Source: Podarcis cretensis (Eukaryota). From it: DNA of 64,000 bases. The first letter of the stretch is position 1; each line of letters begins with the position of its first letter. The stretch is taken from positions 53,196,001 to 53,260,000 of the forward strand of contig OX638153.1 in the NCBI GenBank assembly GCA_951804945.1. Direction: 5' to 3'. Shown one piece after another: positions 25,721 to 38,683 of this stretch. Position numbers and translations under genes: made by a program. The notes below the pieces were generated by a model, which was not told the origin of the DNA, made no database searches, and saw only the letters and a program-made list of their open reading frames with translations.

Positions 25721-25958
25721 CAGTGGTACCTCAGGTTACATACGGTTCAGGTTACATACGGTTCAGGTTACAGACTCTGCTAACCCAGAAATAGTGCTTC
25801 AGGTTAAGAACTTTGCTTCAGGATGAGAACAGAAATTGTGCAGCAGCGCGGCAGCAGCAGAAGGCCCCATTAGCTAAAGTGGTCTTCAGGTTAAGAACAG
25901 TTTCAGGTTAAGTACGGACCTCCGGAACAAATTAAGTACTTAACCCAAGGTACCACTG
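25721..25958. mobile_element. Tc1/mariner-superfamily (Tigger-like) MITE
   Basis: TIR CAGTGGTACCT / AGGTACCACTG, TA TSD, internal (ttcaggtta) repeats; same family as 61417-61633. Confidence 0.9.
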
Positions 25959-27175
25959 TAATTTAAATAGTTCCCTAAATTACATCTGTTAGGTAACTTC
26001 TTTTAAAAAGCAGACAGCAAGACAAGTAACATAGTATTTTGTGGAAATGAAACTGTAGCAGAAGAGTAACAGTACTGATGGTGATGAAGAAAAGTCAGAA
26101 TGCCTGCTTACATTCCTATTTCATGCAGGTTTCCTTTTATCAGTCTGCTTTCATCACATACAACCTATCAATTTCTCAAAGGCTGGCTCGATCATCAGCC
26201 AAAATGAGTCAATTGTCTCAAGCAGAAAGAATTGGGGGAATAGCAAATTTGCTCAATTCTTCTCCAACCCACATGGCACAAAGCTCATCTATGGCTTTCC
26301 AAAGCAATCCCCTGCCTTCTTCTTCCTCTTTGCTTCTGCCCCTCCACCCCACTTCCTCCTCTTTCACACACACACTTATCAATTGCTTTGCAACTCTAAA
26401 ATAGCAGTAGCACTGGGCATGCCTCACCCTCCAGCTCCCTCCCTTTGCCTCAGGTTGAAGAAAGGCCGGTGGTCCTTCAGAGCAAGGCATTTTGGGCAAG
26501 GTGACCAAGGAGATTACGCACACTGTTGTGGCTTTCTCACTGCAACTGTCACTGCAACTAGAAATTCTTTTTAAAATGTAGTTTAAAATTACTAAAATAA
26601 CTTTAAACTTTTAAATATTTTAAAATATAATTTCTACATTGTGGCAAAGCTGCAGCTTCACAGGCCAGAATGCCCTGCTCTGAAGGACTACTGGCCCTTC
26701 CTTAGACTGGGGGACAAGCACAGTCATTGCACTAACAAGGGCAGGAGAGAGAAGTAAACTGTGTGTCTTAATCTCTCACACTTTTTTTTTTTAATCACAC
26801 TGGTGTTTCTCTCCATCTCTTTCCCTTTCTGTCTCTTCTGAAAAAAATTTTTTGAAGCTGCCCTATCCTGAAAGACTGATGGCTTCAGCTCCTTGCAAAT
26901 ACAAGGAAGGAACAAGCTGACCTTCTAGATTGCAGCCTTGGGGCATGCAGACGAAGTGACTCTGACAATCGCTAAATCTCAGGTACAAAAGATAATATAC
27001 AAAAGGCAGCTTCAGAAGGCACTGATAGGATCTTCATTTTGCCCACAAATGCCTTACAAACCCTGCTTTGCTCTCTCATACAAACCAGTATTCCTACTAG
27101 CACAGGTCAGCAATCATATCTTCACAGCGGTGTGGATTCCAAGGTATTACAATAGAATTTGTCGATGTAGCACTG

Positions 27176-27502
27176 CTGCAAGAAGATCAAACCTATCCAT
27201 TCTTAAGGAAATCAGCCCTGAGTGCTCACTGGAAGGACAGATCCTGAAGCTGAGGCTCCAATACTTTGTCCACCTCATGAGAAGAGAAGACTCCCTGGAA
27301 AAGACCCTGAGGCTGGGAAAGATGGAGGGCACAAGGAGAAGGGGACGACAGAGGATGAGGTGGTTGGACAGTGTTCTCAAAGCTACCAGCATGGGTTTGA
27401 CCAAACTGTGGGAGGCAGTGGAAGACAGGAGTGCCTGGCATGCTCTGGTCCATGGGGTCATGAAGAGTCGGACACAACTAAACGACTAAACAACAACAAC
27501 AC
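27176..27502 (+). mobile_element. Bov-B (RTE) LINE, 5'-truncated 3' end
   Basis: Encodes ARRSNLSILKEISPECSLEGQILKLRLQYF.HLMRREDSLEKTL.LGKMEG.RRRGRQRMRWLD..., the Bov-B ORF C-terminus; (CAA)n tail; short TSD CACTGC. Confidence 0.93.
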
Positions 27503-27874
27503 CACTGCATAAGGTGATTGCTCGCACAAGTAGCCATAATGAATCATGCCTAAAGTGACCGTCCAGTTGGAGTGCTTTGGTTTAGGGCTCACCCAGACTT
27601 CCTTTTGCGCCGTGCTTTCTCTGCTTTAAAGCTCTGTGTCTGGGCAGTTTATCTTCTTTCTTCCCAGCACTTTCCCCAGGAAAACCCATGTTTTACCGCT
27701 GAATCAGAGCAAATGACAATCCACAGAAACCCCAATTGCTGTTTGCATCTTCTTTGATTTGTTTATCCATTGGCTCGTGCAACCCTCACACCCAACTTGC
27801 TTAGACAACCATTTATGCTCAAGATGATTCGGGAATGGGACCAAAACATTTTACATGGTTTCAAAGGTCCACAT

Positions 27875-28045
27875 TTAGGAACATAGGCAGATATCTTTTA
27901 CAGAGTCAGACCACTGGTCCACCTACCTCAGAGTGGCTCTCTGAGATTTCAGACATCTCCTAGCCCTGCCTGTAGATGCTATGGATTGAATCTGAGAGCT
28001 GCTTCATGCAAAGCAAATGTTCTACCACTGAGCTCCTGCTCCCCC
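27875..28045 (-). mobile_element. Old tRNA-derived SINE with CR1-like tail
   Basis: Reverse complement begins with the tRNA-like agctcagtggtagaaca; same family as 51375-51560. Confidence 0.65.
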
Positions 28046-29438
28046 TTTCCTGGTGACGTAGGCTTGGTGCCTGGATTTCTCTTTCTTATAGCACTTAGGC
28101 ACCACTGCTAAAGGGCACTTGTTTTAAACCAGCAGTGCAGTGGTATGAAGCAAACAGGCCCTTATATTTTAAAATGGCAAAAGCATGTACTGGTTCTGCT
28201 CAAGATCTTATAAATGATGTATTATAACCCAGAAAATATTCCTCAGCCTCACTTAACTATAAATAAATTAAAGCCCAAGCGGTACAGCCCTTACTCCTTA
28301 GCAGGAACAAAAGCACACCGGTCTAGTATTGGTTTGTTTCAAATAGGTTTTCTATCTCCATTGTTACTGGCACAACCTGTCCCTCCCTTCCTTTAGAGAT
28401 CAAGGATCTTTTACACTGTTTTCACAACAGTATCATTCCTCTTTAGGTATCGGGTTTGATCCTATGCAGTGAAGAAGAAGAAGGAGAAGAAGGAGAAGAA
28501 GAAAGGAAGGTAGAAGGAAAGAAGTATTACACTTATACCTATGTAAAGCTACTTTGGTAGTTTCCCATAAAGTTGGGGGACAGTCAGATAAATTGAAGTT
28601 CTAAAGTCTAATTCAATATAAATATTCCAATGTATACCTATGTGCCTTATGCCTGAAGAGCTATTTGCTTTCACCATAGTGGCAAAACTATGTTTGTTCT
28701 GTACCACTAGGTATATGAAATTGTATTATACTGAATCAACCTATTGTTTGATCTAGCCTGGTGCTCTCTACTCAGGGAATAAAGGGAATCAGGCAGATAT
28801 CTTTCTACCTGAGCTCATTTTAGGACGATTCTGCACAGGCTTGTTGGTGACTTACACGTATTATCACTGCTATAACTGCTTGACCACAAGAATCACTGTT
28901 CAATCTCATACACCCTAATAGTCACAGCACAGTCCCAAGTGGTCTTGCAAACACCCCTGATTTGAAACGTGTGCATTTAAGCATTCATTGTTAAGTAAAC
29001 CCTTTCTTTTGCTCCACGGATGAATACTTTTTTCTCTGTCCCTGCTGTGGTGAAAATTGTATATCGGGTATTACAAAGTGGTGGGTTGCCACAGCTGGTG
29101 GCCTTCTTTCCCAGCCAATCCAGACAGGATTTACACTGATGTTTCTCCCACAGCACTTCGTATGTTGCTGCCAACCTCCCAGAGGAAGCTAAATGACAGT
29201 GAGTCTCACACCCAACGGACAAGAACCACCTGCTCTCCCTTCATCAAGATGCCTGCCTGCTATAATATGCCTTCCTTATGCAACAGATTTACTTTTTTTC
29301 AATGCACATTTGTTTCTGTCACTTGGTCTCTGTGCTGCAACAATGCTCATGGTGCCTTTCATCCCAGATGTACCCAGAAAAACTTGAACAACTTTGCTAA
29401 CTTTATCAAGCTCTAGATGATCAATTCCCTCTGATATA

Positions 29439-29690
29439 CATTGGTACTGCTGGATGCTAACGGGATCCGTTCCGGAGCCCCATTCGCATCCTGAAGCGAA
29501 CACAACCCGCGTCTGCGCATGTGCGGGTCGCAATTCGCTGCTTCCGCAAATGCGTGTGATGTCATTTTGAGCGTCTGCGCATGCGCGAGCGGTGAAACCT
29601 GGAAGTAATGTGCTTCGTTACTTCTGGGTTGCCATGGAGCACAACCCGAAAATGCTCAACTCGAAGCATATTTAAACCAAGGTATGACTG
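29439..29690. mobile_element. Tc1/mariner-type MITE, CpG-rich
   Basis: TA|CATTGGTAC...GGTATGACTG|TA termini; internal gcgcatgcgc palindromes. Confidence 0.7.
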
Positions 29691-30498
29691 TACTAGCAAG
29701 TGAAAAGAGGGTGGTCATGGCAGGACCTACAATGATCTGAAGGCATATCTGTTGAAAAATAACTGGATAATACCAGTTAATCCTGAAGTCCCATCTGTGT
29801 GGGAAACTGGGGGGGGGGCTGAATCCAAAAATCATGTGGGCTTGGCTCACTCTCTAGCCAACCCCCAGCAGATTTTAAAACAAAGTGCAGGGTATATAGG
29901 TTGTTAGACTTTTAAAATGTCCCAGTATTAAGCACTTACAATTTACTCCCCTGCCTCTACCCTTCTCAGAATGAATAGGCCACAACCTTAAGTAAGTTTA
30001 AATGCTTTACTTACAGACATCTGCTCAGTTACATAGTTCAAAGAGAAGGGGGGGGAGGACAAGAAGCAAGCCTTACTTCCTCCTGCCTTGGAGAGGAGAG
30101 AATGTGACATTCTCTATTCTAGTAATCTAGTCTAGTAATTTAGTCTATTCTAGTAATTTAGAACTCTGTGGTCCTTAACCCCTTCACATACTAACTAGCA
30201 TTGTTAGATTTGATTATAAAATCTCCCACAATATCTATATTAGTCCATCTTGATCATTTCAGTTGGCAACAACACCCTGCTTCTTAGGATGAGGCCTGTT
30301 ACCTCACATCTTTCTCACTGAAGATGGCAGTGATTGCACCATCTGTATGTGAACACTGCACTCTGTCACTGAGCTATGGTCCTCCCTGTCAATCCCAGAG
30401 AATGATGCTCTAGTGCAAATACAATATACATGTTTGAGCTACAGAGAGGATCTACACACACCCCAAAAAACCATGCACATCTTATTTGGACATTACTA

Positions 30499-30856
30499 GC
30501 AGGTGGCGCTGTGGGTTAAAGCCTCAGCGCCTAGGGCTTGCCGATCGAAAGGTCGGCGGTTCGAATCCCTGCGGCGGGGTGCGCTCCCGCTGCTCGGTCC
30601 CAGCGCCTGCCAACCTAGCAGTTCGAAAGCACCTCCGGGTGCAAGTAGATAAATAGGGACCGCTTACCAGCGGGAAGGTAAACGGCGTTTCCGTGTGCGG
30701 CTCTGGCTCGCCAGAGCAGCGATGTCACGCTGGCCACGTGACCCGGAAGTGTCTCCGGACAGCGCTGGCCCCTGGCCTCTTAAGTGAGATGGGCGCACAA
30801 CCCCAGAGTCTGTCAAGACTGGCCCATACGGGCAGGGGTACCTTTACCTTTACCTT
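30499..30856 (+). mobile_element. Sauria SINE, young subfamily, lacking the first ~5 nt
   Basis: Nearly identical to 8069-8431; (ACCTTT)n tail; possible short TSD TAGCA. Confidence 0.93.
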
Positions 30857-33800
30857 AGCATTGAAAATGTATCTGTGTAAGTTAGTGGTCTTATCACATG
30901 GAGACTTGGGAAAAAAAGCATAGGCTCTAAAATCAGTATCAAAGGGTATGCGATGTCACTAGTAACACATTGTATCTGTGGCTTGTTTTTCTTTAAATCT
31001 TGGTAGAGACAATGTACTATACATGACACATGACAAATCTAAGTCTCATACAACCATTGCAGCTGGAAAGGCAAACAACTGAAATTAATTAGGATTCTGC
31101 CACCATCCCCCCCCCCCTTCTCACTGACCAATCCATGCTTCATTGGGGCTAATCTGTCAGATTGATATCTTCTTGTTCTTTAGTACGTGGGGTTGTTTTT
31201 CTTTTTAATATACCCTGAAAAGCTGTGGTTAAATAAATTACTAGCTTCAGAGTAGAAGTTTCCATTATTCACTTGTGTCCTTAAAAAAGAGACGAGGGGG
31301 GAAGGGGAAGGTACAGAGCAAAGCCCAACAAAATAGACAGCTGCCCATAGGCTATCCTATTTGCATAATGCAGGCTTCCCATCAAACAGAAAAATTAAAG
31401 CTATTCTCATTTGAATTCAACATTAGGAACGTTCTTCTGAACTATCCCACTAATGCAGAATATGTATTTGTGTGGTGCTGCTGGTAGGGTGGGGGTGTTG
31501 CTAGTGTCAGAAGTGATTAGCCCTTTAGGAAATGCCCTTTTAAGCTCATTTTTCAGTCACTTGAGGAATTTGAATAACTTGATTGTTTGCATGCTGAGCT
31601 TTGTTGCAGAATCTATACTAGGCACTACACATGGGACAATACAGTACTTACTCTCCTGGTGGGTTGTTGTTGCTGCTGCTGTTCTAACTGTAAAGCAGCC
31701 ACTGTAACCTTTCCCTTGAGTGGAGAAAAGGCAAAGGAGAGGGGATGCTTAACCCTTTCGCTGGTGGGAGGAGTAGTCCAAAGCATCTGGAAGCAAAGAT
31801 GTTGTTCCTCAAGAGCATTTGTAAATACACCACTCAGTACAACGTAACTACTGCTGCCTCTGTCTCTTTTGTATTGGTTTTCTACTGTATTTATGAAATT
31901 GAATTGTTTCTGTACTCTAAGATGTTCTGAATATCAATAATCAAATATGTGATATGGATGCCCCACACATTGCAGAACATTTGCACATAACAGTGCAAGC
32001 TGACAGCTGACCACAGAGGTGGCCACAGGGGAGCCTGCTGCAAATACGGTACATAGAGTCAACAGATCTTAGTTAACCTTGCCAAGCCTGTCAAAATTTG
32101 TTTTCATTGTGATCCTGCTATGCTCCCACCTCCAGACAAAAGAACTGGGACTTCTGATATTACACTGAGCTCAAGATCCAGGATAAATGTGTGAGGAGGA
32201 GGTGTTGATCCCTATTTCCCCCCATAGCTGTGGAGAAGGATAGGAGTTTATCCCCATTGTTCAGGCACTCAGAAAAGTAGCAAGAAATGTCACGATTTTC
32301 CAAGCGTTCCTGAGCTTCAATTCAGTGTCAGCTCTATCACAACATGTAATATTCTGCTGCTTTCTATTTTTAATGTGGGTGATTGTTGCTTTAATTGGCT
32401 TTTTTGTTTAATGATTAGTCACTCTGGAAGTTTCTCAGAGTTGGACAATGGAACAGAAGTGCATCAACGAAATAAAGAAACCAAGGAATAGGACTAAGCA
32501 ATGTTACAGGAGAGGGCTTAGAATGAAGTGATTACAAAATTATAAGAATGTAGCTTAGAAACTGCCAACCTTTGGGGGCCTGTCGGCACATTTGCCAGCA
32601 GGAGATGCTGTTGTGGACACCATGATGCACACATGCAGCAACCACAAATATGTTTTCCCTCCCACCATCAGTTCCATCTTGAAAAAAACATTTTCACTTT
32701 TTATCAAACCTCATGTCTTCTTTGAGAGTGCAGCTGGGGAGGCATGAGTTAACCTTCCCTCCAAACAGTGGCATAGCGTGGGTTGCTAGTGTCCAGGGCC
32801 ATGCGAAGGAGATGGGTGGGACACAGATAGAATACACATGCACATTCAGCTGCCTAACAGCGTCCGCATCACCCAGGATATTGCATCTGCAGAGATAAGA
32901 AAAGAAGTCGTTCCATTGTCTGGAGAGGTTGCTTCCTGGTTCGCATGGAGAAGCCATTTTCAATGGAGCCAAGTGACAGAAGTGTGCAGCTGTATTGAGG
33001 CAGCACTGGGTATCGAAATTTTGTGTCCCTAACAGTTTTGTGCCCAGGGCAACCACCTCCAAAGCTTCAGTCTCCAGGAAGATCACATACAAACACACGC
33101 AATTAGACAGGGACCCACAAATAAGGATAAAACACAGTTTTTTCTATTGCCTCTCCTTGAAGACCCACAATATCTTGGGATCAGTGTTGTACATGACCTT
33201 TTATTCTCTCTGGCCAGAACCTTAAAACTAATCAAGTTACACTATGGGGGCCTGACACCTCTAACTAAGGATTACTTAGGAAAGATAGGTCAAAGTGAAA
33301 ACATTCCGTCATTGCCTGACCACCTCCTACTTTTTACGTTCTACTATTCTGGATGAAAGCAAAGAATTTCAATGTCAAGTGTAAACCTCTCAGTGCAGAC
33401 ATAGTCACTTTCTTAATAACTGTAAAAGCTCTGCTGTTTCTTGGCAGGCTGCTAACAGTAGGCTATATATACACACATTGTATTTTCAAGCTCATTTAGA
33501 GGTGTACTGCTCATACAGCTATCAGTTCACAAATAATTTTGTAACATTCTTATTTACCAGTTTATACAACATCTGGACAACTTCTTCCCTCCCCCAGGAT
33601 TGACTGAATCTCCACAGGCTGCTAGAATTTTTGGAGCAGGATTGAGAAGTGCTGGATCCATTATAGTCTCATTTCTCCAAAAATAAACATGTCAATAAAT
33701 TTAGGCAACAAATCCTTTCCACTCTAGTTCTCTCTGCATTGATACTGTTTTATACTCTAAAGAGGGCCGGCCCATGTATGAGACAAGGTAAGGCACTTAC

Positions 33801-33939
33801 CTCAGGACAGCAGGCTCTGGATAGCTGGGAGGGGCAGCAGATCCAGGCTCTATAGAGCATGCCCTGCTCTTGTTGGCCTCTTCCTCCTCCTGTGCTGTGC
33901 ACCTGCACACCTGTGCATCCACTACTACATACATGAAAC
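33801..33939 (-). other. ENOX2: Candidate 5'-leader exon A (139 nt) of an ENOX-family gene; carries the start of the spliced uORF
   Basis: Minus strand: cttttgcatatccactcctcatcag|GTTTCATG...GTCCTGAG|gtaagt (consensus donor). Gene name from recollection only. Confidence 0.55.
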
Positions 33940-34794
33940 CTGATGAGGAGTGGATATGCAAAAGCAGGCACACAGCAGAATCAGGGGGTGGCATTTTCTC
34001 TTTTGCCTCCAGCAGCCAAATGCCCTGGGGACCAGCCCTGACTCTAAAACACTTCTATCCAGATCAGAATTGCAAAAAGCGATTCCAAAATGGTCAACAG
34101 TTAACAGCAAAATGCATACACAAAGAAACAAGAGCAAGTCAAATTGCAATCCACCACCCAATCTGACATTAAACTCCAGCGAAAGACTGGGCAAAATAAC
34201 TGGATCTTTTCTATCTGCCACACGTTCAAGATTTTTCTATAGGTATCATATCTTTCCTGCCTTGCTCTTTATCTTCAGACTTGGTTGTGTCCTTCTGAAC
34301 CTGACACGAAGTCTTAGCTGCCAGTGCAAACACAGGTTAGTTCCCATGAGAGCATTTTGCAAAAGCAACTAAATGGCACATTTAGAAAGAAGCACTGTGG
34401 TGCATCTAGGCATAGACTATAGTCTTTCCCAGTGAATTCACTGTTCTGTTCCACAGACACCTGCTGTGGTCTTTGGAGAAATGGCAATTACAACATAATG
34501 TGCTTGTATCGCCAGATTTAGGGGCAGGGACACAAACCAGAACTTTTAGAATAAAGCAATAATACAAGATGCTGTCTTGTTCTAGCAACACTTTTAACTT
34601 CCCTAAGCTACCATCAATTTTACTCTGAGTTCCAAAATAGAAATTGGCTTTATGTACTTTCTTTTCCCATTCAAAGAACCCCAAAGGAGAATTAAATTGT
34701 GATGAGCTAAACAGAGGAAGCATGGTGTTTGTGTAAAGAAAATGTAGCTTCAAATAGATAGCACAAAACCTGCTTCAGCAATCGATCTTGCTTT

Positions 34795-34893
34795 CCTGTG
34801 AAATGCCCTCCCATCAGATGTCAAAGAGATAAACAATTATACAACTTTCTGTAGACATCTGAAGGCAGCCTTCTATCAGGAAGTTTTTAATGC
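34795..34893 (+). mobile_element. L2-type LINE 3' fragment, host of a nested insertion (continues at about 35312-35375)
   Basis: Reverse complement of the 35036-35135 part of the adjacent minus-strand copy. Confidence 0.7.
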
Positions 34894-34894
<1 letters not shown>

Positions 34895-34928
<34 letters not shown>

Positions 34929-35310
34929 TTACTTTTAATAATAATTTATTACTTATACCCCACCCATCTGGCTGGGTTTCCACAGCCACTCTGGGCAGCT
35001 TCCAACAAGAGATTAAAAATACATTAAAACATCAGTCATTAAAAGCTTCCCTAAACAGGGCTGCCTTCGGATGTCTTCTAAATGTCAGGTAGTTGTTTAT
35101 TTCTTTGACATCTGATGGGAGGACGTTCCACAGGGTGGGTGCCACTACCGAGAAGGCCCTCTGCCTGGTTCCCTGTAACTTGGCTTCTCACAGTGAGGGA
35201 ATGGCCAGAAGGCCCTTGGCACTGGAGCTCAGTGTCTGGGCAGAGCAATGGGGGTGGAGACGCTCCTTCAGGTATACTGGGCTGAGGCCGTTTAGGGCTT
35301 AAAAGGTCAC
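34895..35310 (-). mobile_element. L2-type LINE 3' end with (TAA)n tail
   Basis: (TAA)n followed by ataccccacccatctggctgggtttcc...gagaaggccctctgcctggttcc; same family as 39845-39960 and 56276-56650. Confidence 0.8.
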
Positions 35311-38300
35311 CCTATGTTTACTTGTGTTTTTATATTATTTTGGAAGCTGTCCAGAGCGGACGGGGCCACTCTGTTTTGTTTATCATTTGATTATTGCTGT
35401 AAAGAATGTATTGGGCTGATACCCTGCAGATGCTGGTTAACTCCAACTCCCATAAACCCAGCCAGCATGGCAAATAGTCAAGGATAATGGGAGTTATTGC
35501 CCAACAACCTTTGGAGAGCAGTAGGTTAACTACTCCTGAAACAGCTTTCCACAATACAATATGTTTCTTCTACAAAGCCTATACTGACCATATGAATTTT
35601 TTTAAAAGAAAAAATCCTCAACATACTGGCAAGTTGTTAAAATATATGACATAATTGTGCAGTAATGATCATTTATTAGAGTATAAAACACTCATATGAA
35701 ACTGTTTACTTAATTCTCTTGCCTGTGGCTCAAAGAGAAACACAAAAGGGCTTTGTAAGTGCTCTTGGTTAGACCTGCAGAATGAGAATTCCACTCACTC
35801 TAATGGCTTTACTTTATTTTCTTCAAAACAACATTTTTTCATTGCCCTCCAGAGTCACAATTTCCATTTTTCCTCAAAGAAGAAATGAAATCTGCTACCC
35901 TGTAGCCTTTCCCCATGTATTACTCTTTATTAATGTTTGGTTCATTGCTGTGTGCAACAGCCAGAAAACACCACAAACCTTTACAGAAAATATAACATTG
36001 CAGACCAGTGTGACAATTTCTAAGCAGGTGTCTTGAGCAACTCATGTGGGGCATTTGAAGTGATAAATTTGACCTTGAACAACCTGTGTGGATCACAAAT
36101 ACCTCCACAGCTTCTGCTGAGGCACCTGTTAAAAATACAGATTGTAAAAACTAGATGGCCTCCCTTTAATATGCTGTTACATGAAGAAGAGCTGCTTCTC
36201 CCGTGCTGTGTAAAAAAACAAACAATGGCTGTTTGTTCTCTATTAGTTGGACCTGGTCATGCAGCCAAGAGCAGCTGTCACTAACTATACTTCTATTTTC
36301 TCTGGAATGTAATTATTTCAATACAACCAAACTAGCAGTGCAACTTTGCATTTGCTTGTAACCACCAAATGACCTATGGTTACTTTAACCATACTTATTT
36401 GTTCCCACCTCCATAGTTTCCCAAAAGCTTTTAAAATTTATTTACATGTTTACAATAATTATACAGTGCCTTTCTGCAGGAATATTCTCAAAGTGATTCA
36501 CATAAACAGGTGCCATGCAGTGGGCACAATTAGCATATCATCCAAAGCTTAAAAGTGACTCTCAAGTGGCAAATCTGATCCTTAAAGAGAAGTGTTGCCC
36601 CATGCAGAACATTGCCACTGACCTTCATAATCTCTGTCATGCCTGGAATACACTTAAACTGCTGAAATCTGTACACTTCTGCCCTGGTCTGGCTCCACCT
36701 TCCCAGGCAATATAATGCAATATAATGAACCATATATTTAAAGCACTATTAGATCACTTTAACAGCCATGACATCCCCAAAGAATCTTGGGAATTGTAGT
36801 TTTTTTAAAGTGCATAGACTTGCTAGGGGGCTGTTATTTCCCTCATAGAGCTACAATTCTCAGAGTTCCCTGAGGAAAAGGACTGGTTGTTAAACCGCTC
36901 TGGTTAACTGCATTGTTAAACCTCCAACAGTGTTTGTTGCAAATCTTATTTGCATCCCCTTATTGACTTGGCTGCCAAGTTAGCTGTTCTAGAGCCACAC
37001 TTCACATTTTATAAATAAAATAACCTTGAAAACCCAAGGAAAGTACAGGCAATGCATCCTATGGATGCGTCAGAGTTTCTTCTCTGGAACAGTAAGGTTA
37101 TTACATCCCATTGCAGATTACTGAGTGTCTGAAACACCCTTTCATGAATCAGAACAAACTGAACAGAAGGAAAAAGTTAGGGTGACGCAGAATTTTTTTT
37201 CCTGAGAGGATGTGGTGATGATGCAGATTTGTCTCTCCGGGGTATAAGTGAAAGCTCTGAGATCTTCTAAGACTAGCCAAGACATAATATATTCTATTTT
37301 ATTAATCATCATCATCATCCTGTACTGGTAGAGGAAAAAACTGGACAGGTGTGTTAAAACCCCATATTGGTTGTCATCTTTAGGAAGGGACTGTCTTCCC
37401 ACAAACTCTATATGTGGAGCCTTATGAAGAAGAGTGGGGGGGGGGAATTCCCCACCCGCTTCCTAAATTTGTTTCAGGAAGACCGGTTCTGGTTTCAGTT
37501 AATGTAACCTGTCCCTTGTCTACAGCATCTCTCTCCAGCAAATACTGTACAATGTAAAAAGACATATATCCGAAAGCACACAGTCATCATGTGTTTGAAA
37601 GTTTTAGACATTGCCATTCCTACTGGGCATTTTCAAACATAAGATATGCCTCCTCTCTACACATTATGGAGGACAAGTAAGAATTTGTCTCATCACAATA
37701 TTTGAAATGGTTCAAGGTAAATTCACATCTATCAGTTTTGTGTCTTATGGAGGGAGGTGTTGGGCAACATACTGGCAAAAGGTTTAGGACAGCAGGCAAT
37801 AGAAAGCACATCTTCATAAAGTGCCCAATTAACCTATGGAATTAACTGCCACAAGGTGCAGTAATGACCAGTATGCTTCAAAAAGGTTTGAACAGGGAGG
37901 GAATGGAGGGTGTCTTATCAACAGCTCTAAGCAACGATAGCAAAGTAGAACCTTCAGAGGCAGTATACCTATGAATAGAAGTTGCTGGGGGGAACAAAAC
38001 AGCAAGGGAAGGCTGTTGCTTTCATGCCTTGCTCATTGACAGCCCAAAAACCAACTGCAGGACTGATGTTCCTAATGTAGCCTTTGGTTGCTTTTTTTCT
38101 CCATTTGCTTTCATCACAGAAGATTCCTTATAAAAACAGAATTGTATATGGGCCAGCCAGAGAGCTGTCAGACTGAGCAGCAACCTTTTCCTTCTGATGA
38201 ATTTTTCAGTTTTTAAGCACATCTTGATTGCCATATTTTCAATTAGCTTGAAACTGAATATATGCTTCCATATCACTGTTGTTAATAATGCTGGATTCCC

Positions 38301-38683
38301 ATCAAGTATCATTCAATACTAAATTAAGGCTTAAGCATTCAGTGTTCTTCAGGTCTGGGATTTTTTTTGTGGTGTTTTTATGGCTTAAATCATATAGCAC
38401 ATGTATGCAGTACTTTGCGTTTCAAACATTTTAGAAACACTCATGACTCACCATGCTTTCCTGAGGTGGTGTAAAACATCAAAGGAGCTGCGCAGCTCTG
38501 TTATGCTAATAGGCATGAAAAATCAAATGTGAACATTCACACAGATTTTGCAGCAATAATCCATAAGCAGGGGTGGACAGGCATCTAGTCTCCTGCTTAT
38601 AGGCCTTACCTAAAACCAGATAAATGCACACACATGAATTATGAATTCCATTGCAACGTTTTCACTTCAGTTCCTCCATGGGT

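Noticed and set aside
25721-25958. CRISPR-like spaced repeats (ttcaggtta)
   Set aside because: Eukaryotic MITE with TIRs and a TA TSD; repeats are short and irregularly spaced.
26938-27489. 183-aa ORF as a host gene
   Set aside because: The C-terminal part is Bov-B; the N-terminal part is chance read-through of flanking DNA.
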